Shown here piece by piece: positions 9,800-21,957 of a stretch of DNA of 64,000 nt (its first letter is position 1; the number at the start of each line of letters is the position of its first letter). A program made the translations under genes and the position numbers. The stretch is taken from NCBI GenBank assembly GCA_039586795.1, contig JBDHJS010000014.1:1-64000 (forward strand), given 5' to 3'. Under the pieces are notes generated by a model. That model was not told where the DNA came from. It worked only from the letters and a program-made list of their open reading frames with translations, and searched no databases. Source of the DNA: Gemmatimonadota bacterium. GTDB lineage: Bacteria > Gemmatimonadota > Gemmatimonadetes > Palauibacterales > KS3-K002.

Positions 9800-11407
9800 T
9801 CAGCCCCCTCCCTCGTCTGCGATTCCCGACGTCCCGGTCTCATCGTACCGCAGTACGTAGGCGGCCGTCGCTCCTTCGCCAACAGAGTGTACGATTTGGA
9901 AGAATTCGTTTCGACTGCGAAGAACCGGAATCAAGTAGCGCGAGGTCGCCGGGCTGACGGCATCCGCCGTCACGTAATCCGCCCCGATTTCGTCGAAGAA
10001 CGCCAGCATCTCTCCGTCGTTGACCGTGCTTGGGATCTTCCGACCGACGCGTTCCGAAAAGAGGTAGTAAAGGCGCGGCTCTGAGCTCACGACTACCGCA
10101 TCAGCAAACGAGTTATGCCGGACCCACTCGCCGCTCAGCGCGAACGCGCGCCACGGCGGCGGATAGCATGACAGATCATCACCTTGCCGATAGAACGCCA
10201 TGCAGCGTTGGTTGAATACGATGCGACGCACGTTGTCCGGAACCGTCAGCAACACCAGCACCACTCCGATTGCCGGCAGTACCCAGGTCGGCTGCCTCGT
10301 GCGCACGAATTCGAAACACCACACCACTCCAGACGCCGCCAGAAGCAAGATCAAGGGCAGCAACGGCAAAAGCGCCGCCCGGTTAGCCCACACCTGAGGG
10401 TAGGCTATGATCAGCACAGCGTAGAAGACGGCATACAACTCCAATATGAAGGCCTTTCGAATCCCCCTCACCAGGGCAACAAGCGCCAGCGCGATCAGGA
10501 TCAGCGCGAGCATGATGGCGATGATGTTGACCCCGCCGCCGGGTCCGACCCCGGACAGCGTCTCCGGCAGTACGTCGACGGCATAGACGCGCATGTTGTT
10601 CACCAGACGCGCCACGAGCGCCCCGGGGCCAACGTATCCGGCTCCGGGATCGTACGGGTCCAATAGCAGGAAATTGCCGGGATAGATGTCAGCGGCTTGC
10701 GCGGCGTTCAACCAACCCCAAAGCCACCAACCTCCCACCACCACGAAGGCCGCCGAAGCGATGGCCGCGAGGTCTTTGCCGCGCCGTCGCCAGCCCAGAG
10801 CGACCAGAACAGCGAGGACGAGGGTCAATCCCGCGGCGTCGGTCAAGAAACCGATGATCGCCGCCACCGCCACGACCGCTACCGAGCGCTGCGACACCGT
10901 CAACCGCTCGGCCGCCCACAACGCGATCAGCATCAAGAGCACGAACGGCGCCTCGGTTAGCACCCAGTGGGAGTAGTAGAGGAGGACCGGGTTGAACGCG
11001 AAAGCCGCCGCAATTGCCAGCCCGCCTTCATCGCCCAACCGTCTCCGCCCAAGCAAGAAGAGAAACAGCACCGACGTCGTCGTGAACAGTGCGGACAGGA
11101 CCTTGAAAGCGAACAAGCCGCCGCCGAAGAGCCCGGCTAGCGCGAGCAGGGTCGGATAGAACGGTGGGAACTCGCTGTTGCGCGGCGAATCGGGGTGGAA
11201 GAGGTCGCGGTAGCCCTGGCCAGACTCGATCGACTCCGCCAGGATCATGTACGAAGCGTTATCGCCGCCGACAAAAGGCTTGGGGTCGAACAAAAAAGCC
11301 GCCAGCACCGCATGCGCCAGCAGCGAGGCGACTAAAACCGCCCAAACGACCTGCGTTCTGGAAAGGCGTCGCGCCCGCTCTCCCTCACCCGCCACCGATT
11401 CTCCCAT
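9800..11407 (-). CDS. GT-C fold membrane glycosyltransferase (ArnT/PMT-like), paralog of 1715-3286
   Basis: LFDPKPFVGGDNASY, FPPFYP, YSHWVLTEAPF; multi-TM. Confidence 0.7.
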   Translation of the reverse strand: MGESVAGEGERARRLSRTQVVWAVLVASLLAHAVLAAFLFDPKPFVGGDNASYMILAESIESGQGYRDLFHPDSPRNSEFPPFYPTLLALAGLFGGGLFAFKVLSALFTTTSVLFLFLLGRRRLGDEGGLAIAAAFAFNPVLLYYSHWVLTEAPFVLLMLIALWAAERLTVSQRSVAVVAVAAIIGFLTDAAGLTLVLAVLVALGWRRRGKDLAAIASAAFVVVGGWWLWGWLNAAQAADIYPGNFLLLDPYDPGAGYVGPGALVARLVNNMRVYAVDVLPETLSGVGPGGGVNIIAIMLALILIALALVALVRGIRKAFILELYAVFYAVLIIAYPQVWANRAALLPLLPLILLLAASGVVWCFEFVRTRQPTWVLPAIGVVLVLLTVPDNVRRIVFNQRCMAFYRQGDDLSCYPPPWRAFALSGEWVRHNSFADAVVVSSEPRLYYLFSERVGRKIPSTVNDGEMLAFFDEIGADYVTADAVSPATSRYLIPVLRSRNEFFQIVHSVGEGATAAYVLRYDETGTSGIADEGGG

Positions 11408-11424
11408 GCCCCTCTTGTGCGCGT

Positions 11425-12402
11425 CTAGCGACGACCGCGCAGCGACTCCCTGAGATCATCGAGCTCGGCCCGCAGTGTGGCGATCAACTCGGCGATGAGG
11501 CCGAACCCGAACAGCGAGACACCCATCACCGCTAGCAGCAATACCAGCGTGAGTAGCGGGCGAAACCCCATCCCCATCACCCGCAACACGATGGCCGTGA
11601 CACCGACCGCCAGGGCCAGACCCACCAGCACCAGGCCGGTGAAGCCGAACAGCATCATCGGCTTGCGGCTGAACAGTAGCAGGAACCAGACGGAGACCAG
11701 GTCCAAAAGACCGACGGCAACGCGCCCCGAGCCGCCATACTTTGTCTCGCCTTTGCGGCGCGGGAACAGCTCTACATCGATCTCGCCGACTCGGTACCCC
11801 TTCGAGTGCGCGAGCACGACGAAGAAGCGGTGCCAGTCGTGTCGAAGGTGGATGTCGTCCAGAACCTCCTTGCGGAAGATCTTGATCGAGTTCAGATCCT
11901 TGACCGGGACCTTGAACGCAACGCGAGACAGCCAGTTGTAAATTCCTGATACGAACCGCTTCTCGTACTTCCCGACTTTGCGACCGCAGACGATATCGTA
12001 CCCTTGCCCGGCCTCGGCCAACAGCCTGGCGATGTCGTCGGTGCCGTGTTGTAGATCGGCGTCGAAGAGAACGATCCAATCCGTCTCCGCGGCGCGCACT
12101 CCGGTGACCAGAGCTTCCGTCTTGCCGAGGTTGCGCCGGTGTCGCTCGAGCTTGAAACGTCTCAAGCGCGTCGACTCCCGCTCTGCCGCCTCAGCCGTAT
12201 CGTCCGTCGAGCCATCATCGACGAGGATCACTTCGCCGTCGAGACCGTACCGCTCGAACGTCTGCTCGAGCTCGCGGAACAGGTCGGGAACGTTCGCGCT
12301 CTCGTTGAGGGCCGGTATGACTACGGAAAAACTCGCCGCCAGGCCCGGGTCGACCTGGGTTTGGGGAGTCCGTTCCTCTTGTGGGGCGACGGCCTGACTC
12401 AT
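11425..12402 (-). CDS. GT2 polyprenyl-phosphate glycosyltransferase (ArnC/GtrB-like) with two C-terminal TM helices
   Basis: VIPALNE, VDDGSTD, DADLQ; start overlaps rpoN stop (ATGA). Confidence 0.88.
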   Translation of the reverse strand: MSQAVAPQEERTPQTQVDPGLAASFSVVIPALNESANVPDLFRELEQTFERYGLDGEVILVDDGSTDDTAEAAERESTRLRRFKLERHRRNLGKTEALVTGVRAAETDWIVLFDADLQHGTDDIARLLAEAGQGYDIVCGRKVGKYEKRFVSGIYNWLSRVAFKVPVKDLNSIKIFRKEVLDDIHLRHDWHRFFVVLAHSKGYRVGEIDVELFPRRKGETKYGGSGRVAVGLLDLVSVWFLLLFSRKPMMLFGFTGLVLVGLALAVGVTAIVLRVMGMGFRPLLTLVLLLAVMGVSLFGFGLIAELIATLRAELDDLRESLRGRR

Positions 12403-13835
12403 ACGCGTTTGCGCATGCGCGCGGAGAGTATGCCAAGCTGGTCGCGGTACTTGGCCACCGTCCGCCTCGCGATGTTGATCCCTTCACGCTTCAGGATATC
12501 CACGATCGCCTGGTCGGTGAGCGGCTTCTTTGCATCCTCATCGCCGACCAGCTTCTGGATCCGCGCTTTGATGCCGCGCGCCGAGACGTCTTCGCCCGAG
12601 TCCGTCGAAAGCCCGCTCGAGAAGAAGAACTTGAGCGGGAACACCCCGCGTGGCGTCTGAACGTATTTCTGGTTGGTGACTCGCGAGACCGTCGACTCGT
12701 GCATGTTGATGACCTCGGCCACCTCGCGGAGCGTTAACGGCCGCAGGTGCTCGACGCCTTCTTCGAAGAAGTCTCGCTGCCGATCGACTATGAAGTTCAT
12801 CACCTTCAACATCGTCTGCCGGCGCTGCTCGATCGCCTGCAGCATCCAGTTGGCGTTGTTAAGCTTGTTCGAGATGAACTCTTTGTTGTCGCCTTTGAAC
12901 TTGGACTTATCCTGAGCCACCTCGCGGTACGAGCGCGAGAGCCTGAGTCGCGGCAGAGCCGTATCGTTGTGGAAGACGATGTAGTCGGTATCGATCTTCT
13001 CGACCACCAGGTCGGGGATGATGTAGTTCCCCTCGCCGCCGGCGTACTGAAGGCCCGGCTTCGGGTCCAGCTTGGAGATCTCGTCGGCCGCTGACTGCAC
13101 TTCTTGCGGGCTGACCCCCAGCTCTTTCGAGATCTCGGCCCAACGATGGTTGACCAGCCGCTCGAAGTGTTTATCGACGATGTCGAAGACCAGGCTGCTC
13201 TCCATCCCGTTCTCCCCGAGCTGAAGCAGCAGGCATTCCCTCAAGTCGCGAGCGCCGATGCCGGCAGGGTCGAGATTCTGGATCACAATGAGGATGCCTT
13301 CGATCTCTTCCAGCGTGAACGGCTCTTCTTCCTCGAATCCGCCCGCCTTCGCTTCAGCGCTCTCCAGAAACGCGTTCAGCGACTCGACGACTTGCTCGAG
13401 CGGGCACGTTAGAAAGCCGGTGTCGTCGATATTCCCGATGATCTCCTCGGCTACCACGATCTGTCGCGGCTCCAACCGCAACAGGTAGATCTGGTCGCGC
13501 AGGTGGTCGTAGAGGTCCCGGGTCGCTACGGCTGTGGGCTCGAAGTACTCCCGCTCTTCGTATTCCTCGCGCCGGCCGCCGGTCTCGAACCCGTCGAGCA
13601 GGATATCCTCCCAATCGACCTCGTTCTCGTCCTCTTTCGCGTCATCGGCGTTCTCGTCGACCGGGTCGTCGCTGGGCTCGACAAGCTCGAGGAACGGGTT
13701 GTGGACAAGCTCCTGCTTGAGGTGCTGCTGAAGGTCAAGGAGCGGCATGTAGAGGAGATCCATCGCCTGGTAGAGGCGTGGATTGATCCTCAGCTCCTGT
13801 CCCAGTCTTACGCTTTGCTGTAGGCCGACTTTCAT
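12399..13835 (-). CDS. rpoN: RNA polymerase sigma-54 factor
   Basis: NPFLE, GIGARDLRECL, HESTVSR, RpoN box ARRTVAKYR. Confidence 0.97.
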   Translation of the reverse strand: MKVGLQQSVRLGQELRINPRLYQAMDLLYMPLLDLQQHLKQELVHNPFLELVEPSDDPVDENADDAKEDENEVDWEDILLDGFETGGRREEYEEREYFEPTAVATRDLYDHLRDQIYLLRLEPRQIVVAEEIIGNIDDTGFLTCPLEQVVESLNAFLESAEAKAGGFEEEEPFTLEEIEGILIVIQNLDPAGIGARDLRECLLLQLGENGMESSLVFDIVDKHFERLVNHRWAEISKELGVSPQEVQSAADEISKLDPKPGLQYAGGEGNYIIPDLVVEKIDTDYIVFHNDTALPRLRLSRSYREVAQDKSKFKGDNKEFISNKLNNANWMLQAIEQRRQTMLKVMNFIVDRQRDFFEEGVEHLRPLTLREVAEVINMHESTVSRVTNQKYVQTPRGVFPLKFFFSSGLSTDSGEDVSARGIKARIQKLVGDEDAKKPLTDQAIVDILKREGINIARRTVAKYRDQLGILSARMRKRV

Positions 13836-13850
13836 AGCCGTTCCCTCTCC

Positions 13851-15029
13851 CTACAGGCGGAAATCCTCACCTAAATATAGCTTCCGCGCCTGCGGATCGT
13901 TAACCAACTCTTCCGACGTGCCCTCGATGTGGATCTTCCCATCGAACATGATGTAGGCGCGATCGGTTATCGTGAGTGTTTCGCGAACATTGTGGTCGGT
14001 GATCAGCACCCCCAACCCGCGGTGCTTGAGATCCGCCACGATGCGCTGGATGTCGTCCACCGCAATCGGATCGACGCCCGCAAACGGCTCATCCAGCAAC
14101 ATGAACTTCGGGTCCGTAACCAGCGCTCGAGTTATTTCGAGACGGCGACGCTCGCCGCCGGACAGCGAGTAAGCCTTGTTCTTACGGAGATGCTTGATGC
14201 CCAACTCATCGAGCAGCAATTCCAAGCGCTCTTTACGCTCATCGTTCGAGATCGGCAGCGTCTCCAGGATCGCCATGATGTTTTGCTCGACCGAGAGGCG
14301 TCGGAACACGGACGGCTCCTGCGAAAGATATCCGATGCCCAGGTGAGCACGCTTGTACATGGGGATCCGGTGCAGCCGCCGCTCATCGATCTTCACCTCA
14401 CCCGCATCCGGCGCTACTAGCCCGACTATCATGTAGAACGTCGTCGTCTTCCCCGCCCCGTTCGGCCCCAAAAGTCCGACGATCTCCCCCTGTCGCAGCT
14501 CGATATCGACATCGTCAACCACACGTCGGCGCTTGTAGATCTTCACCAACCCGCGCGTCGTGATCATGCTGCCGTTTTCGATCGCAGCTGCTTCCGAGGG
14601 CGCCTCCTCGGACTCCGTCAGTCGGCGTTCGATCTCCAGATCGAGAAGCTGACTAAAGCCTCCCCGATCCGTGCCGATGTCGTTCCACACGGTGGCCGCA
14701 ATCGTTACCTGTGGTTCAGCGGGGTCGCCCTCTTCGACGAGCAGGCCCTCCGCCTCGAGCCGCGCAATCTGATCGCCCAGATAGCTGTCCACTTCCTCGG
14801 TGGTCATCTGACGGATCTCGAACAGCCGCCGGCTCTGTGCGGACCCGGCGCGGGTCACTGCAGCGTAGCGCGCCAGATACGCCTCTCGGAAATCTTCGAC
14901 CAGGATCGTGCGTGCGACTTGACCCTGCTCATCCGCTTGCATGACCATCTCGCGCAGAGCGATGAGGACGGGCGCTTCCCGAGACGCTAGCCTTTGCACG
15001 AAGTCCCTTAGATCGGCGGCGCCACTCAT
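13851..15029 (-). CDS. lptB: LPS export ABC ATPase LptB with ~150 aa N-terminal extension
   Basis: [43 protein letters not shown]; start overlaps the upstream stop (ATGA). Confidence 0.93.
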   Translation of the reverse strand: MSGAADLRDFVQRLASREAPVLIALREMVMQADEQGQVARTILVEDFREAYLARYAAVTRAGSAQSRRLFEIRQMTTEEVDSYLGDQIARLEAEGLLVEEGDPAEPQVTIAATVWNDIGTDRGGFSQLLDLEIERRLTESEEAPSEAAAIENGSMITTRGLVKIYKRRRVVDDVDIELRQGEIVGLLGPNGAGKTTTFYMIVGLVAPDAGEVKIDERRLHRIPMYKRAHLGIGYLSQEPSVFRRLSVEQNIMAILETLPISNDERKERLELLLDELGIKHLRKNKAYSLSGGERRRLEITRALVTDPKFMLLDEPFAGVDPIAVDDIQRIVADLKHRGLGVLITDHNVRETLTITDRAYIMFDGKIHIEGTSEELVNDPQARKLYLGEDFRL

Positions 15030-16501
15030 CGATTCGCGCCTCCAACGCCGGTCGTGTCCGTCGTGTCCCGGGGAGCCCGGGCCGAATCTTCCATCGCTTC
15101 GATGACGGCCCGGGGGATCGTATCCAGTCCCGTCGTATCCGCCTGTAAGGTGTCGTCAGGCGACACTGGGATCGGCTCCAGGTAGAGACCGAGCGCTGGA
15201 CCGATGACCTGCGCCTCCTTGACCTCTCCCGCCTCGAGTAGCAGGATCACCTGCTTCCCGATGATGTAGTTTGGCGATGGCTGGCCGCTCTCTCCGTTGC
15301 TCTCCAAGCCCGCCAGGTAATAGAGGGTTCGCGCATCACCCTCGCCGCCCGCCGCCTCCAGCCGCGTAAGCTGTGGGTCTTGAGAAGGCAGCGGAATGGA
15401 GTCTGGCGACGCAGTCGGCATCGTGAAGAACGCCGTGATGGTGTCGCCCTCCAGCCAATCACTGTACAGGAGTCCCCCGCCGGGGACATGCTCCTTCAGG
15501 CTCACCGCCCGCGCACGCTGGACGGCGATCACCCTATCCAACACTCCACCTGGCCGCAGGATGTCCATCGAATCCGCCACTAGCGAGTAGTCCTGGGACT
15601 CGCCGCGCGCCCAAGGATCCCTTGGCAGGGTATCGACGACGCCGGTCCGCTCCGGGTCGCCCGCCGACGCGACGACGCGCTCGATATCCTCGTCGCCCAC
15701 GAACAGCCGGAGAGAAGGCGCTTCCAGCATCAGCTCCGAGCCGGTCGCCGTGGCGTTCGGCCAGGCCTGAATCTCACTGATCTGGCGCTCCTCCATCAGA
15801 GCCAGAACCGTGTCGCCCTCCAGAACCATCTGCCCGGCCGTCACCACCGGCTCACCGAACATCCACAGATAACCGGCCGTCAAATCCAGATCCAACGAGT
15901 CGCCCGTCGCCGTCAGATCAGTTCGCTCCACAACCACATCTCCCGCGCCTGCCAGAACCGACTCACCGTAGATATGGAGTCGATCGGCATCGACATCGAA
16001 CGGAAACGACCCGGGTCCCGGCTCTTCCGGGTAGAACTTCAGGTGAGGTCGGCCAGACGCGAACATCCGCTCAACGGGTCGAAGCGCCGTCGTCGGGAAG
16101 TAATCGAGGACGGGGCCTGTCAGCGTCGAGCGGCCATCGTTGTTGGTCAAACGGACGTTGCCCTCCGCTCGGAACATCGCCTGCTGCTCGTAGTAGGTTC
16201 CGCGCTCGGATTCCAAGCGTCGCTCGCTATCCGTGTACACCATGTTGCCATGCAGGTACAGCACCTCGGCGTTCTGGTAGTAGCTGGCGCTGTCGGCGAT
16301 CAGCCGTCGATCACCGCACACCGCCTCGACGCCGTTCCACTGATCGATGCGCACCTCCCCGTCCTCCAGCGTCACCATCCGTCCCTCGGAGCCGGGCGTC
16401 CGGACGACCTCCAGATCGCAATCCTGCTGCTGCTGCCCGCTGTCGGGCAGCGATGTGGCCGCCGTTGCGGCCAACAGACCGGCGATGAGGATCCGACGCA
16501 T
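15026..16501 (-). CDS. OstA/LptA-like periplasmic beta-jellyroll protein (long form)
   Basis: Signal peptide, repeated ADS/GDT/GNV beta motifs; located between lptC and lptB. Confidence 0.7.
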   Translation of the reverse strand: MRRILIAGLLAATAATSLPDSGQQQQDCDLEVVRTPGSEGRMVTLEDGEVRIDQWNGVEAVCGDRRLIADSASYYQNAEVLYLHGNMVYTDSERRLESERGTYYEQQAMFRAEGNVRLTNNDGRSTLTGPVLDYFPTTALRPVERMFASGRPHLKFYPEEPGPGSFPFDVDADRLHIYGESVLAGAGDVVVERTDLTATGDSLDLDLTAGYLWMFGEPVVTAGQMVLEGDTVLALMEERQISEIQAWPNATATGSELMLEAPSLRLFVGDEDIERVVASAGDPERTGVVDTLPRDPWARGESQDYSLVADSMDILRPGGVLDRVIAVQRARAVSLKEHVPGGGLLYSDWLEGDTITAFFTMPTASPDSIPLPSQDPQLTRLEAAGGEGDARTLYYLAGLESNGESGQPSPNYIIGKQVILLLEAGEVKEAQVIGPALGLYLEPIPVSPDDTLQADTTGLDTIPRAVIEAMEDSARAPRDTTDTTGVGGANR

Positions 16502-16505
16502 CCCA

Positions 16506-17063
16506 TTACTCAGGCGGATTATCCGTACTGCGCCTCAGGATGCGCGGCTCGGTCAACGCGACATCCTCCATCCCCGAATCGGACACGAACGAAGTGCCTT
16601 CGATGACGGTGCCATCCGCTTTGTACATCGTCGTGTGGGTGTCGCTCCAGATTCGGTCGCCGGCCCTGTCGTAGAACATCTCCTCCGACTCGATCCGCTC
16701 ATCTTCCTGTCGCTTGATGATCACGACGTCGTGCGCCGCGGTCATGTCTCCCGAGTCCCAGTCGTAGGTGCCCTCACGAGCTGTCAGCACCGTCGTCTCG
16801 TAGCCGAAATCGTCGTAGAACACGACCTCCATCTGCCGCAGCTCCACCGTCGCTACATCCTCGATGAAGAACGCGGTGTCGGCGTAGATGCGAGCGCGGC
16901 GGATGCCCTCCGACGCCACGTAGTGCTCCAACCCCATGGCAACACGGTTCGCCCGCGAATTCAGTTGAAGGATCTCCTCTGCAACCAGCGGCGCTTCACC
17001 GCTTTCGCCGCAGGAGGCGCAGGCGATGGCGAGGAGGATAATCGGAGACGCGGTTGTCTTCAT
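16506..17063 (-). CDS. lptC: LPS export periplasmic protein LptC
   Basis: Lipoprotein-like N-terminus (LAIACASC), beta-rich, follows kdsD. Confidence 0.75.
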   Translation of the reverse strand: MKTTASPIILLAIACASCGESGEAPLVAEEILQLNSRANRVAMGLEHYVASEGIRRARIYADTAFFIEDVATVELRQMEVVFYDDFGYETTVLTAREGTYDWDSGDMTAAHDVVIIKRQEDERIESEEMFYDRAGDRIWSDTHTTMYKADGTVIEGTSFVSDSGMEDVALTEPRILRRSTDNPPE

Positions 17064-17067
17064 CTTG

Positions 17068-18036
17068 CTAGACCACTCTGGCTCGCATCAGATCGTGCAG
17101 GTGAACGATCCCAACCAGGCGACGCTCGTCATCGCACACGGGGAGCGCCATGATGCCGTGTTTCTCCATCAGGAAGAGAGCCTCCGCGGCAAGCGTGTCC
17201 CCGCTGATCGTCTTCGGGCTCTCGTTCATCGCTTCATACACCGGGCGGTGGAAGAACTCTTCCTTGCTATCGACGAATCGTGTCAGATCTCCAGCCGTGA
17301 TGACGCCGATGATCCGCTGCTCCCCATCGAGGACCGGGACCGTGCCTCGTTTGAAAGCGATTTCCAGCATCGCCTCCCTCAACGTCGCATCCTTTGTCAG
17401 CGACGGGACCTTGTCTGAGCCGGTTGTCATCACGTCCGTTACGCGCAGTAACTGGCGGCCCAACGACCCGCCGGGATGGAGCGTGGCGAAGTCTTCAGAG
17501 CTGAACCCCTTCTTGATGAGCGCCGCCACCGCCAGCGCATCCCCCATCGCCAACGCCGCCGTCGTGCTCGCGGTTGGCGCCAGGTCGTGCGGGCACGCCT
17601 CTTCCTTCACACCCACATCCAGCACCACGTCGGCCCGTTCGGCCAGGGTCGTAACCTTACTACCCGTGAAAGCGATGATCGGCACACCCAGGCGTTTCAC
17701 GACCGTCACCAGATCGTGCAGTTCCTCCGATTCGCCGCTCTTCGAGATCAGGATCAGCAGATCGTCCCGAAGCACCACGCCCAGATCACCGTGCAACCCC
17801 TCCACCGGGTGCAGGAAAAGCGCCGGCGTTCCGGTGGACGTGAGCGTGCCGGCGATCTTGCGAGCGATGATCCCCGACTTACCGACGCCCGAAACGATCG
17901 CCCGCCCCTTCAAATCGACCAGCAGGTCGACGGCCCTGGCGAAATTATCGTCGATGCGATCCTCCAGGCGGCTCACTGCCTCCGCCTCGAGTCGGACCAC
18001 CCGACGCCCGGCTTCGATCACTTCGCGTCGGTCCAT
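17068..18036 (-). CDS. kdsD: Arabinose-5-phosphate isomerase (KpsF/GutQ; SIS+CBS)
   Basis: GVGKSG, HGDLG, APTASTT, HPGGSLG; ATG 18036 chosen because it directly follows the kdsC stop. Confidence 0.95.
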   Translation of the reverse strand: MDRREVIEAGRRVVRLEAEAVSRLEDRIDDNFARAVDLLVDLKGRAIVSGVGKSGIIARKIAGTLTSTGTPALFLHPVEGLHGDLGVVLRDDLLILISKSGESEELHDLVTVVKRLGVPIIAFTGSKVTTLAERADVVLDVGVKEEACPHDLAPTASTTAALAMGDALAVAALIKKGFSSEDFATLHPGGSLGRQLLRVTDVMTTGSDKVPSLTKDATLREAMLEIAFKRGTVPVLDGEQRIIGVITAGDLTRFVDSKEEFFHRPVYEAMNESPKTISGDTLAAEALFLMEKHGIMALPVCDDERRLVGIVHLHDLMRARVV

Positions 18037-18037
18037 C

Positions 18038-18604
18038 TCACCCGTCCCCTCGCTCCGCGAGGTAGGCGCCGACAACAGCCTCCCAATCGCCCCGCGCTTT
18101 CAGCAACGCCTCGCTGAACTCACGCACGGCTCCCGACCCACCCGGCCGACTCGTCCGCCAACGAGCCATCGCGACCACTTCGGGCACCGCATTGGCCACG
18201 GCTACGGGCAGAGCGCAGCGTCGCAGTACCGGGATGTCGGCCAGGTCGTCGGAGACAAAGGCTACCGCCTCCCAGCCCAACTGGCGCCGCTCTAGCATGT
18301 CGCTCACTATCGGTAGCTTCTCCGCCGCTGGGTCCTGGTGTACCTCTTCGATGCCAAGTTCACGCCCCCGCCGCTCAACGATCTGCGAGCGACGTCCGGT
18401 AACGATCGCCACGTCGACTCCCGCCTTCTGCAAGAGCTTCACGCCAAGCCCATCGGTGATATCGAACCTCTTCAACTCGATGCTCTCACCCGACGCCGTT
18501 TCACCGTAGTAGACGCCGCCGTCCGTCATCACCCCATCAACGTCCAGGACCACCAGCTTCACCGCCGCTGCCAGGTCGGCCGGTATCTCTCCTCGATCAG
18601 ACAT
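18038..18604 (-). CDS. kdsC: KDO-8-phosphate phosphatase (HAD)
   Basis: LDVDGVMTDG, DGLG, DDLAD, GGSGAVRE. Confidence 0.93.
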   Translation of the reverse strand: MSDRGEIPADLAAAVKLVVLDVDGVMTDGGVYYGETASGESIELKRFDITDGLGVKLLQKAGVDVAIVTGRRSQIVERRGRELGIEEVHQDPAAEKLPIVSDMLERRQLGWEAVAFVSDDLADIPVLRRCALPVAVANAVPEVVAMARWRTSRPGGSGAVREFSEALLKARGDWEAVVGAYLAERGDG

Positions 18605-19421
18605 GCGAGCCCCTGCCTACGGCATCACGCACCGCCAGCGCCCGCTCGATCACGCCTTCCAAAGCGGACAGCTTCAGCATGCTCGCCGCATCGGACAGGG
18701 CGCGGCCGGGCTCCGGGTGGACCTCGATGAACAATCCGTCGCAACCCGCGGCTACGGCCGCCCCGACCAGCGTAGCGATGTGCTGGGGTTGTCCGCCGCT
18801 GCGCGAGCCCGCGCCGCCGGGTAGCTGCACCGAGTGGCTCGCGTCGAAGATGGCGGGACAACCGCACGACTCCTTGAGGATGGAGAACGAGCGCATATCG
18901 ACCACCAGGTTGTGGTAGCCGAACGCGGTTCCCCGCTCCGTCACGGCGATCGCCCGCGCCCCGCTGCCCCGCGCCTTATCCACCTGGTTCGCCATGTCCT
19001 GTGGCGCCATCCATTGGCCTTTCTTGAGATTCACTGGCCGGCCCGTCGCCGCAGCAGCAGCGACCAGGTCGGTCTGTCGGCACAGGAAGGCGGGGATTTG
19101 GAGGACATCGACAGCCGATGCGGCAACCTGAGCCTGTTCCACTTCGTGAATGTCGGTGGTGACCGGCAGACCGGTCTCCGACTTCACTTTCTGCAGCTGG
19201 CGAAGTCCATCTTCGAGTCCCGGACCGCGGGGTGAGCCGAGACTGCTACGGTTCGCCTTGTCGAACGAGGCCTTGAAGATCACCGGGATGGAGAACTTTT
19301 CGCCGGCGCGCGCGACCTCTTCTGCAACGGTCAGATTCGTACCCTCGTCCTCGAGGACACACGGACCGGCGATGAGGAAGAAACCGCCATGCGGGCTGAA
19401 TAGTGACGAAAGGTCTCCCAT
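18597..19421 (-). CDS. kdsA: KDO-8-phosphate synthase
   Basis: IAGPCVLE, KASFDKANRSS, QIPAFLCRQTDL, DASHSVQ. Confidence 0.97.
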   Translation of the reverse strand: MGDLSSLFSPHGGFFLIAGPCVLEDEGTNLTVAEEVARAGEKFSIPVIFKASFDKANRSSLGSPRGPGLEDGLRQLQKVKSETGLPVTTDIHEVEQAQVAASAVDVLQIPAFLCRQTDLVAAAAATGRPVNLKKGQWMAPQDMANQVDKARGSGARAIAVTERGTAFGYHNLVVDMRSFSILKESCGCPAIFDASHSVQLPGGAGSRSGGQPQHIATLVGAAVAAGCDGLFIEVHPEPGRALSDAASMLKLSALEGVIERALAVRDAVGRGSHV

Positions 19422-19435
19422 CCGTTAGCACTCCC

Positions 19436-21906
<2,471 letters not shown>

Positions 21907-21919
21907 TTTTCACGCCATT

Positions 21920-21948
21920 ATGATAACAAGCCACTAAATCTTTGTCAA
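21920..21948 (-). promoter_or_regulatory. Sigma70-type promoter of the kdsB-pyrG-kds-lpt-rpoN operon
   Basis: TTGACA-17 nt-TATCAT with extended -10 TG on the minus strand. Confidence 0.75.
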
Positions 21949-21957
21949 AACTGGCCG

